Origin: Armatimonadota bacterium
GTDB lineage: Bacteria > Armatimonadota > UBA10988
Direction: 5' to 3'
Length of the DNA stretch: 19,038 bases
Assembly (NCBI GenBank): GCA_016235455.1
Contig: JACRKZ010000088.1
Location: 1-19,038, forward strand
The notes beneath the pieces were generated by a model. That model had not been told where the DNA came from, did not search any database, and saw only the letters and a program-made list of their open reading frames with translations. How positions within the stretch are numbered: position 1 is the first letter of the stretch; each line of letters begins with the position of its first letter. The position numbers and the translations under genes are program-made. This document shows positions 1 through 7,407 of the stretch, piece after piece.

Positions 1-1010
1 CGCGCGACGACGATCAGGTCGTCGCCGTCGAACTGCCAGTCGAGATACTGCCAGGCATGGACCTGCGGGTCGGGGTGGTAGAACAGCACGCTGCGCAGCG
101 TCCAGTGCCGCAGGTCGGTCGAGTGGAGCAGCGCCTGGGTATTGCGCACAGTGTCGGGGCGGTTGGTGACGTGGTGTGGCGGCACCCAGTTGGCCAGCGT
201 CCAGTAGCCGCCGCCGCGCGGATCGGGCTTGATGGAGAACTTCTTGCTGCCGCCGGGCAGGTCGACGAAGTCGGTGGCCGGGTCGAAGCTCGCGCCCTTG
301 CCGTCGGCGGCGATGTGGACGATGGCCGCCTTCTCGGGCTGCGCGGGCTGATGGACCCGCAGGATGTCGACGATGTCGCCCGCGGGCGTGACCACGGCGT
401 TGCCTTCCAGCCAGCCGCCGAAGGTGTTGCCCAGCCAGCTCGCGTCACGCGCCAGGGGCTCGGAGATGGTCCAGTTCGACGCTTCCAGCAGGTTGGCGTC
501 TTCGGGCGCCGAGAGCATGTGCGCGCGGAAGCAGACGCCCCAACCCTGGCCACCGCGCATGTCTTCGAACGCGCGCCACAGGCGGCCGCGGTGGACGACC
601 ACGGGCATTGGCGCGGTGTGCCACAGGCCGTCGGGCGTGAGCAGGCCGGTGTGCTGGTCGACGGGCTGGGTCCAGGTACGCCCGCCATCGTCGCTGCGGC
701 GGATGGCGACGTGGCCGTTCTCGCCGCTGGTGCCCATCAGGTAGAGCACGCCGCGATGGACGAACAGGCCGCTCCAGAAGGCGTGGCGCACAAGCGCCAG
801 CGGCTGCCAGGTCAGGCCCTTGTCGGACGAGCCGTAGACCAGGACGACGTTGTCCTTCTTGTCGGTCTTGGGGCCGAAAAGGTCGTGTGAGGCGACCAGC
901 TTGCCGTCGGGCAGCGCCACGATGCTCGGCGAGCCGATGTAGCAGCCGCTGGCGGCCGCCTGGTAGTGGATGACGATGCCCGGTGGCGGCGGCGGTGGCA
1001 GTTCGTTCAT
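1..1010 (-). CDS. BNR/Asp-box repeat exo-alpha-sialidase-like beta-propeller protein (3' end runs off the window)
   Basis: Absent from the ORF track because no stop lies in the window. Manual translation from ATG 1010: [46 protein letters not shown]..., with Asp-boxes [16 protein letters not shown] and STDLRHW, plus WLEGN and [16 protein letters not shown] AGGAG overlaps the upstream TAG. No signal peptide. Confidence 0.82.
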   Translation of the reverse strand, partial: [336 protein letters not shown]

Positions 1011-1021
1011 GCGCGGCTCCT

Positions 1022-3121
1022 CTAGCGGATACGGCTGAGCGCCACCTGGTCGAGGTCGACGGTGCCGGCGGCGCGCAGGCTGATCTCCAGGCCGACCTCG
1101 GTGGCCGGCGCGGTGAAGCGGAGGGTCTGGCGCTGCCAGGCGGCGCCGGCGGCCGGCTTGGTCTGCGCCAGGTAGCCCTGGTTGGCCAGGTCGCGGATGA
1201 TGACGCGGGCGTCGGCCACGGTGCTGCCGCGCGAGCTCAAGGTCAGCTCGTAGGTACGGCCCGCCACCAGCCCGACGAGGTGCCGCGCCAGCTCCAGCCG
1301 GCCGGTGCTGGTCAGCCGCACGAAGCGCGTGCCGTCGGCGGCGTCGCCCTCGATGACGACCGCGCCGGCGGGCGGCTTGGGCCAGTCGGCCAGGCCGGCC
1401 TCGAACGAGCCGTTGGCCAGCGGCGGCAAGGGTGGCGGCGGCAACTCGGCCTCGGGGCCGGGCCACGTGCCCGCGGGCGGCACGGTGAGCGACTCGCGTC
1501 GGCGCGGCAGCACGGGCATGGCTTCGCCCGCCTGCAAGGCGCCGGCGGCCGGTGCGGCGCCCTTGAAGTAACCCGGTTCGCAGCCCGGCAGCACGCGGCC
1601 GACCAGCTTGGCCAAGTCGCCGCCACGGCCCAGCGCGGGGCTCTGATCGGTCAGGCTCAGGTCGCCGGCCGCCACGTCGCGGAAGCCGGGCTCGCCGGCC
1701 AGCCAGGCGCTGTGTGCATCGAGCCCGAGCCTCGCCGCGAGGGCCTTGCCTTCGTCCCAGGCGATGCGTTCCTCGCGCCGCACGTAGACGTTGTAGTCGC
1801 CCTTCCAGTTGGGCTCGATGGAGGTGCCGCCCGAGTTGGCCCACCATTGCGCGCACCAGAACAGGTTGCCCGCGTAGACGTACCGGACGTTGCCGATGCC
1901 GAGCACCTTGTTCGAGGTGATGGCCGCGCGCGAGGTGCAGGTGTTGTGGTAGACGTAGACCTCGGCCGGCCGCAGTTCCACCTCGCCGTAGTTGCGATAG
2001 TCCTCGCTGTTGGCCAGAAACAGGTTGCGGTAGGCGTAGAGCGGGCCCTTGGTCGGCGCCTTGATGCGGAAGCCGCAGATCGACTTCTGCACCACATTGT
2101 CGTGCCACTGGCAGTCTTCCTCGGCGCCGTTGGGCTCCAGCCCGTCATCCGAGACGTTGTAGATGCGGTTGTGGTGGATGCGCAGGCCCTGGTTCTCGCC
2201 CGGCTTGCCCACATCCTCGATGCCGTCCCAATGGTCGTGGATATCGTTGTCGTGGATCTCGTGGCCGCCGAGGCTGTTGCGGATCGCCACGCCGTAGCGG
2301 TCATAGTGGCCGCCGGTCTTGTGGGCCTGCCAGTTGTCCCAGGCACCTTCGAGCTTGGGGTCGGCGCCCGAGTAGGGGTCCATGAACAACTCGCAGAAGC
2401 GCACCGTGCAGCGGTCCGAGCCCGCCGACAGCCAGACGCCGTAGTCGGCCGGGCCGATGACGCACTGCTCCACCACGCTGCCCACGGAGTTCTCGATGAA
2501 CACGCCATACGAGCCGTTGCGCAGGGCGAGACCGCGCACCACGCAGCGGTTGGCGCCGTCGATGCGGATGATCGGCTCGCGCGGCGCCACGGTCATGGCG
2601 ATGGTGCGCGGGTCGAGGTCGCCCAGGAAGCGCACGAGCAGTTCGCGCGGCTTGTCCAAGCAGAGCGCCAGCGCCTTGACGCCGCGGAAGCCCGACGGGC
2701 CGACGCCGGCTGCCAACAGCTTGGGCCAGGCCCAGGCGTCGGTGCGGTCGGCCTTGACCCGGTCCTCACGCAGCATGGTGACGATCTTGCCGCCGGCGGT
2801 CAGCGTGTAGACGGGCGCGGTGACCTTGGCGCGCCAGACGCCGGGCGCTATGTCCGGCGCGGGCTGCCAGTCGAGCTTCACCGGGTCGCTGCCGTCGATG
2901 ATCGCGCCAGGATCGCCGGTCAGCGTCACCGGCTGGCCGTGCCGGCCACCATGGGTCAGCTTGACGCGTTCGCGATAGACGCCCGGCCGCAGCCAGACCG
3001 TATCACCCGGCTGCGCGCGGTCGAGCGCGGCCTGGATGCCCTGCGGCGGGTCCACATAGATTGTCGCCGCGCCGAGCCAGGTCGGCAGCAGGAGCAGAGA
3101 GAGCAGCAAGCCACGTCGCAT
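1022..3121 (-). CDS. Secreted right-handed parallel beta-helix protein (polysaccharide lyase/hydrolase-like) with C-terminal CBM4/9-like module
   Basis: Signal peptide MRRGLLLSLLLLPTWLGA; IQAALDRAQPGDTVWLRPGVYRE start typical of beta-helix enzymes; IHDNDIHD / IHHNRIYN / WHDNVV / AYRNLF / VYHNT coils; Pro linker followed by LANGSFEAGLADW...WQRQTLRF...LDQVAL. Confidence 0.82.
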   Translation of the reverse strand: MRRGLLLSLLLLPTWLGAATIYVDPPQGIQAALDRAQPGDTVWLRPGVYRERVKLTHGGRHGQPVTLTGDPGAIIDGSDPVKLDWQPAPDIAPGVWRAKVTAPVYTLTAGGKIVTMLREDRVKADRTDAWAWPKLLAAGVGPSGFRGVKALALCLDKPRELLVRFLGDLDPRTIAMTVAPREPIIRIDGANRCVVRGLALRNGSYGVFIENSVGSVVEQCVIGPADYGVWLSAGSDRCTVRFCELFMDPYSGADPKLEGAWDNWQAHKTGGHYDRYGVAIRNSLGGHEIHDNDIHDHWDGIEDVGKPGENQGLRIHHNRIYNVSDDGLEPNGAEEDCQWHDNVVQKSICGFRIKAPTKGPLYAYRNLFLANSEDYRNYGEVELRPAEVYVYHNTCTSRAAITSNKVLGIGNVRYVYAGNLFWCAQWWANSGGTSIEPNWKGDYNVYVRREERIAWDEGKALAARLGLDAHSAWLAGEPGFRDVAAGDLSLTDQSPALGRGGDLAKLVGRVLPGCEPGYFKGAAPAAGALQAGEAMPVLPRRRESLTVPPAGTWPGPEAELPPPPLPPLANGSFEAGLADWPKPPAGAVVIEGDAADGTRFVRLTSTGRLELARHLVGLVAGRTYELTLSSRGSTVADARVIIRDLANQGYLAQTKPAAGAAWQRQTLRFTAPATEVGLEISLRAAGTVDLDQVALSRIR

Positions 3122-3136
3122 CGACCGTCCTCGAGG

Positions 3137-5089
3137 TCACCAGATGTACTCGCCCGCCAGTTCGCGCTTGTCGTGGTCGGAGAGCACATGGAACACGCGC
3201 AGCTTCTTCAGCGTGACCGGCGACAGCCCTCCCAGCGGCAGGTAGCAGATCTGCCGCCCGAGCCGGCCGGCCCAGGTCTGGAAGTGCGAGCGCGGCGGTT
3301 TGGCGGCCACATAGACGACATGTTTGTCGAGGCTGTAGTCCAGCGCCGCCATCAGCAGCACCTCGGGCTTGGTCAGGCCGCCGCGGTAGTCGGGGTCCTC
3401 CCACACGTCCATCATGCGGCCCGGCGGATAGCTCATCGCAAAGCCGCCGTACTCGCAGCGCGCGATGCCGGGTCCGACGATCTGGCGGCCGGGATCGGTG
3501 GCGTAGAACGCCATGTCCGATTCCTGGTCGTGCTCGCCCAGCCAGGTCATGCGCCAGGGGTAGCGCTCGTCGTGGTCCTCGTCGAAGATGACCACCACCC
3601 CACCCACCTCGCCGCGGATGCGCCGCAGCTCCTTGACGTACAGCGTCTTCTCGAACCAGTTGCGCACCGTCTCGCGCACGTCGATGCCATCGAGCGTGGA
3701 GGTGGTGAACTTCTCCACGCGCGCATCGTCCTCGGCCAACTGGTGCTTGGCGCGCCGGTGCAGGTGGCGACCGAACTCCTCGATGGCCACGTCCTCGGGC
3801 GGGTAGCTGCAGATGCCCCAGCCGTCGGCGAACTCACGCCGCCACTCGCCCGCGCGCTTCTCGGACCGGCGCTCGCGCTTGGACACCGCGTGCAGGCGCA
3901 TCTTGCGCCGCTGCACCCGCGGCCGTAGCGCGAAGCGCCGGCTGCCCAGCCACATCTCGTCAGGCGTCATCTCCACCGTGGGCAGCACTGACCATTCCTG
4001 TTGCCACGGCCACCAGCTGCCCAGGTCCCACACCTCGTGGGCCAGGTTGTCGTCGGCCACGCCACGCGCGCCGACGATGAGCTGGTAGAGGTCGGGCAGC
4101 AGCGCGCCCTCGAGCAGCGCATAGTTGCGGACGAACTGCAGCCAGGTGCGCACGTAGCTCAGCCCCAGATGCTCGCCGGTCTGCACCTCATAGGCCTCGC
4201 GCGCGGCCTGCACCAGGCCCAGCAGCAGTCGCTGGCGGTCCAGCGGCTGGTCCACCTCGCCCGCGGCGCTGGCCAGGTTGACCTGCACCCGAGCCCGCCG
4301 GTCGGCCTGCTGACGCGTCGTCTCCAAGCCGCTGGAGACCAGTGTCAGTCCCGAGGCGTGGCGCGTGGTGATGACCTTAGGCGTGGGCAGCGGCTCGGGC
4401 ACGGCCAGGCGGCGGCGTTCGTAGATTGCGCTGACGAACGGCGTCACGCCCATCACCGAGCGCGCGCTGTCGGGGTGCAGGTTGAACACGTTGACCTGCT
4501 GCCGGCTGATGCGCTGCATCTGCTGTGCCTGCGGCTCATCGAGCGCGGCCAGGATGCCGGGGGTGTGCGCCATGCCGCAGACCACGAGGACGCTGTCATG
4601 CTCCGCGGCCAGCGTCTGCGCGTGCCAGGCCAGGTTGGCCTCGCGGCGGATGTCGTCACTGGTGCGCGCGGGGATCGGGTCGGCCGCGCGCCAGGCCGCG
4701 TAGTAGGGCGCGATGCCGAGCCGCGCCACGGCGTAGGCATCGGGGAACGCCTCCTCATACAGCGGGAACTCGTCCACGTCGACATCGCCGAAAACCACCG
4801 GGATGTCTTGCTCCAAGCCCGAGCGCACGGCCTCGATGAAGGCATCGCACGGCTCGACGGGCAGGTAGACGGGCAGACCCAGCTCGCTGAGGTAGACAAT
4901 CACCGACAGCTCGGGCAGCCGCCGCACGGCCAGGCGCACTTGCGGCTCCAGCGTGGGCGGCAGCTCCACCACCACGGCGCCCGGCCGTAGTTGGCGCAGC
5001 GCGAGGCGCGCGGCGTCAGCGAACTCCATCTGGTAGTGGAGCACGGGCAGAATGGTGATGTTGCCGTGCCGGGGCAGGTTGTCGAGCAT
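3137..5089 (-). CDS. Conserved hypothetical protein, N-terminal TraB/GumN/DUF5682-like (EreA/ChaN-type) domain plus uncharacterised C-terminal domain
   Basis: 650-aa ORF that reads as a real globular protein. Motifs LPVLH...VVVELP and RREANLA...VLVVCGMAH resemble the H/E...R-E...GxxH pattern of TraB/TIKI-like folds (inference). Good upstream promoter. Confidence 0.7.
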   Translation of the reverse strand: MLDNLPRHGNITILPVLHYQMEFADAARLALRQLRPGAVVVELPPTLEPQVRLAVRRLPELSVIVYLSELGLPVYLPVEPCDAFIEAVRSGLEQDIPVVFGDVDVDEFPLYEEAFPDAYAVARLGIAPYYAAWRAADPIPARTSDDIRREANLAWHAQTLAAEHDSVLVVCGMAHTPGILAALDEPQAQQMQRISRQQVNVFNLHPDSARSVMGVTPFVSAIYERRRLAVPEPLPTPKVITTRHASGLTLVSSGLETTRQQADRRARVQVNLASAAGEVDQPLDRQRLLLGLVQAAREAYEVQTGEHLGLSYVRTWLQFVRNYALLEGALLPDLYQLIVGARGVADDNLAHEVWDLGSWWPWQQEWSVLPTVEMTPDEMWLGSRRFALRPRVQRRKMRLHAVSKRERRSEKRAGEWRREFADGWGICSYPPEDVAIEEFGRHLHRRAKHQLAEDDARVEKFTTSTLDGIDVRETVRNWFEKTLYVKELRRIRGEVGGVVVIFDEDHDERYPWRMTWLGEHDQESDMAFYATDPGRQIVGPGIARCEYGGFAMSYPPGRMMDVWEDPDYRGGLTKPEVLLMAALDYSLDKHVVYVAAKPPRSHFQTWAGRLGRQICYLPLGGLSPVTLKKLRVFHVLSDHDKRELAGEYIW

Positions 5090-5098
5090 GTACGGGTC

Positions 5099-5126
5099 AG
5101 GGTAACGAGTGGGGTTGGGTTGTCAA
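5099..5126 (-). promoter_or_regulatory. Sigma70-type promoter TTGACA-N16-TACCCT, 9 nt upstream of ATG 5089 (leaderless or very short leader)
   Basis: Perfect -35 TTGACA (5126-5121), TAnnnT -10 (5104-5099), no SD before the ATG. Confidence 0.6.
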
Positions 5127-5181
5127 GGGTCGACTGCCCCGACGACGGCTCCGACCCGAGCCCGCGCGACCGGCATCGCAC

Positions 5182-5282
5182 GGATCTGGGAGCGCCAGGC
5201 GCCAGCTCGGCATTTCCGGCCCAGCCCCGCAATGTCGGCCTGACGGCCGATTGCCAAGCTCGAGCTTGGCGCTCCCAGATCC
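5182..5282. repeat. REPIN-like element: two inverted 31-bp REP-like units
   Basis: 5182-5212 GGATCTGGGAGCGCCAGGCGCCAGCTCGGCA versus the reverse complement of 5252-5282 GGATCTGGGAGCGCCAAGCTCGAGCTTGGCA: 27/31 identical, first 16 perfect. Each unit is GGAG followed by a palindrome; the right one is the perfect 18-mer GCCAAGCTCGAGCTTGGC (5253-5270). Confidence 0.75.
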
Positions 5283-5285
5283 ACG

Positions 5286-6317
5286 TTAGGTGGCGGCCCT
5301 GGTTGGCACGATGCCCAGCCCCGCGCCGTCGGGCAGGACCACGCGTCCCCGCGGCAGCGTCACGCCGGCGAACGGGTCGTCGGCCACCAGCAGCGCGCCG
5401 TCGAGGTCGCGCCAGTCGGCCAGCGGCGCGAGTAGCGCCGTGGCCGTCACGGAGATCGACGACGAGCCGAAGCAGCCGATCATCACCCCCAAGCCGGCGG
5501 CGCGAGCGGCATGGACCGCGCGCAGCCCGGCGCTGATGCCGCCCACCTTGTCCAACTTGATGTTGACGCCGTCGACCGCGCCCCACAGGCGGGCCACGTC
5601 GCTCATCTGGGCGCAGCTCTCGTCGGCCACGATGGGCACAGGCGAGACCGCCTTCACCGCCGCCAGCCGCTCCAGGTCGCCGTCGCCCGAGGGCACCGGC
5701 TGCTCGATCATGACCACGCCGAGTTCGGCCAGCGCGCCGGCCAGCTCAGCCGCCTGCTCGGGCTGCCAGCCGCAGTTGGCATCGACCCACATCGGCTTGC
5801 CGGTGGCCTCGGCCAGGGCGCGGACATTGGCCAGGTCGTCGGGCCCGCCGCACTTGACCTTGAGGATCGGCATGTCGACCACTTCAGCGGCCTTGGCCAG
5901 CATGACCTCGCGGTCCGCCAGGCCGATGGTCATGCAGCTGGTGCCCGCGCGCGCCGCGTCGAGCCCCAGCAGCCGCCACAGGGGCTGGCCCAGGCGCTGG
6001 CCATGCAGGTCCCACAATGCCGAGACCACGGCGTTGACCGCCGGCCGCACCGCGCCAAACTCGTCCAGCAGGTCCATGGCCAAGGCGTCGGGCGCGACCT
6101 CGCTCAGCGGCGCCAGGCGCGGCGCCATGGCCGCCAGCGTCGACTCAACGACCTCGTCGGGCCAGCCCAGGAACGAGAAGGGGACGGCCTCGCCACGCCC
6201 GACCAGATCGCCGTCGCGCAGTTCAACCAGCACATTCGTGGCCTGCGTCGCGCTGCCGCGCGAGATGCCAAAGGCATGGCGGTAGGTCAGGGTCAGGCGG
6301 CGGTACGTTAGTTGCAT
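5286..6317 (-). CDS. Dipeptide epimerase (L-Ala-D/L-Glu epimerase family, enolase superfamily MLE subgroup)
   Basis: FGISRG, GRGEA, KxK (LKVK), metal ligands DAN / EQP / DES, NIKLDKVGG and the C-terminal DLDG motif typical of YcjG/YkfB-like epimerases. Confidence 0.92.
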   Translation of the reverse strand: MQLTYRRLTLTYRHAFGISRGSATQATNVLVELRDGDLVGRGEAVPFSFLGWPDEVVESTLAAMAPRLAPLSEVAPDALAMDLLDEFGAVRPAVNAVVSALWDLHGQRLGQPLWRLLGLDAARAGTSCMTIGLADREVMLAKAAEVVDMPILKVKCGGPDDLANVRALAEATGKPMWVDANCGWQPEQAAELAGALAELGVVMIEQPVPSGDGDLERLAAVKAVSPVPIVADESCAQMSDVARLWGAVDGVNIKLDKVGGISAGLRAVHAARAAGLGVMIGCFGSSSISVTATALLAPLADWRDLDGALLVADDPFAGVTLPRGRVVLPDGAGLGIVPTRAAT

Positions 6318-6340
6318 GGCATCACTTTCGCTGCTATGGT
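6312..6340 (+). promoter_or_regulatory. Sigma70-type promoter TTGCAT-N17-TATGGT with extended -10 (TGc) for the AEC transporter
   Basis: -35 at 6312-6317 overlaps the epimerase start codon on the opposite strand; -10 at 6335-6340 lies 9 nt before ATG 6350; no SD. Confidence 0.55.
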
Positions 6341-6349
6341 GTGCCGACC

Positions 6350-7282
6350 ATGGAATTCATCGCTTCCCTGCTCGGCATCTTCCAGAACTGTCTGCTTCCC
6401 GTGTTCCTGCTCATCGGGCTCGGCTTCGCCGTGCAGCGCCGGTTCGGGCTGGATGTGCGCACCCTGACCCGGCTCAACCTGTGGATCTTCGTACCCGCAC
6501 TCGTGCTCGACCGGCTCAGCCGCGCCAACCTGTCGGGCGGCGACCTGGGCCGCGTGGTCGGCTTCACCTTGCTGCTCATGGCCGGCATGTATGCCGTCGC
6601 GCAGATCTGGTGCCGCGCGCGACGCTACTCGGTTGGCCTTTCCGCGGCGTTCACCTGCGCGGTCATCTTCTATAACAGCGGCAACTACGGCCTGCCGGTC
6701 ATCGAGCTGGTGTTCGGCAAGGACTCGCCGGCCATGGCGCTCCAGACCATCGTGCTGGCCGTGCAGAACGTGACCACCTTCAGCCTGGGGGCGATCATCA
6801 TCCGCGGACCCAGCGTCGGCGTGCGCGCGGCGGTGGTCGAGTACCTGAAGATGCCCTTCCTCTACGCCATCGGACTCGGTCTGCTGCTGCAGCGTACAGG
6901 CTGGCAACTGCCCATGCCCATCGGCAAGGCCGTCCAGATCGCCGGTGACGGGCTGGTGCCCATCGCGCTGGTCACCCTCGGCGCGCAACTGGGCCAGGTG
7001 AGCTGGTCGGGCCGCGCCAAGACCATGGTCGCCTCGACCGCCATGCGGCTGGCCATCGCGCCGGCCGTGGCCTTCTGTCTGCTCCGCGCGCTCGGCTGGA
7101 CCGGTCTGGTGGCGCAGCAACTGCTCATCTCCACCTCCTTCCCCTCGGCCATCAACGCCGCGCTGCTGGCCATCGAGTACGACAACGAGCCCGACTTCGC
7201 CGCGCAGGCCGTGATGACCGCCACACTGCTCTCCGCACTCACCGTGGCGATCACCATCTACGTCGCCCGCCACGCGTTCTGA
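6350..7282 (+). CDS. AEC (auxin efflux carrier / Mem_trans) family transporter
   Basis: About 10 hydrophobic segments; LLPVFLLIGLG, IFVPAL, NSGNYGLPV, VPIALVTLGAQL, FPSAINA...EY motifs. ATG 6350 preferred over GTG 6341. Confidence 0.92.
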   Translation: MEFIASLLGIFQNCLLPVFLLIGLGFAVQRRFGLDVRTLTRLNLWIFVPALVLDRLSRANLSGGDLGRVVGFTLLLMAGMYAVAQIWCRARRYSVGLSAAFTCAVIFYNSGNYGLPVIELVFGKDSPAMALQTIVLAVQNVTTFSLGAIIIRGPSVGVRAAVVEYLKMPFLYAIGLGLLLQRTGWQLPMPIGKAVQIAGDGLVPIALVTLGAQLGQVSWSGRAKTMVASTAMRLAIAPAVAFCLLRALGWTGLVAQQLLISTSFPSAINAALLAIEYDNEPDFAAQAVMTATLLSALTVAITIYVARHAF

Positions 7283-7366
7283 GACGCTTTCGCAATAGAA
7301 ACTCAACACCGGGAAGCGAACCGGCGCTGGCGGCCCGGCGTCTTTTCGGGTACAAACAGCTACACA

Positions 7367-7407
7367 GAGCCGTTGGCCTGCTCGGCTACTCCGAAGGCCA
7401 GCGGCTC
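7367..7407. terminator. Strong hairpin between convergent genes (possible terminator)
   Basis: GAGCCGTTGGCCT (7367-7379) pairs with AGGCCAGCGGCTC (7395-7407), with inner TCGG/CCGA stem. It overlaps the stop codon at 7406-7408; U-tract is weak. Confidence 0.45.

Noticed and set aside
14-688. 224-aa minus-strand ORF in the track
   Set aside because: Wrong frame; the real gene is the open frame from ATG 1010 that runs off the left edge.
983-3928. 981-aa + strand ORF and other long antisense ORFs (57-890, 4001-4990, 5290-6285, 8003-9583, 12055-13941, 14188-15492, 17515-18774)
   Set aside because: Shadow frames of real genes in high-GC DNA; no recognisable motifs, and each overlaps well-supported genes.
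6341-6352. 12-mer GTGCCGACCATG at the starts of both the AEC gene and P1 (12852-12841, minus strand)
   Set aside because: Short GC-rich match with no extension; chance is an adequate explanation.
7279-7301. Hammerhead-ribozyme-like CTGA...GAAAC
   Set aside because: The core reads CTGAGAC rather than CTGANGA, and the required stems are not present.
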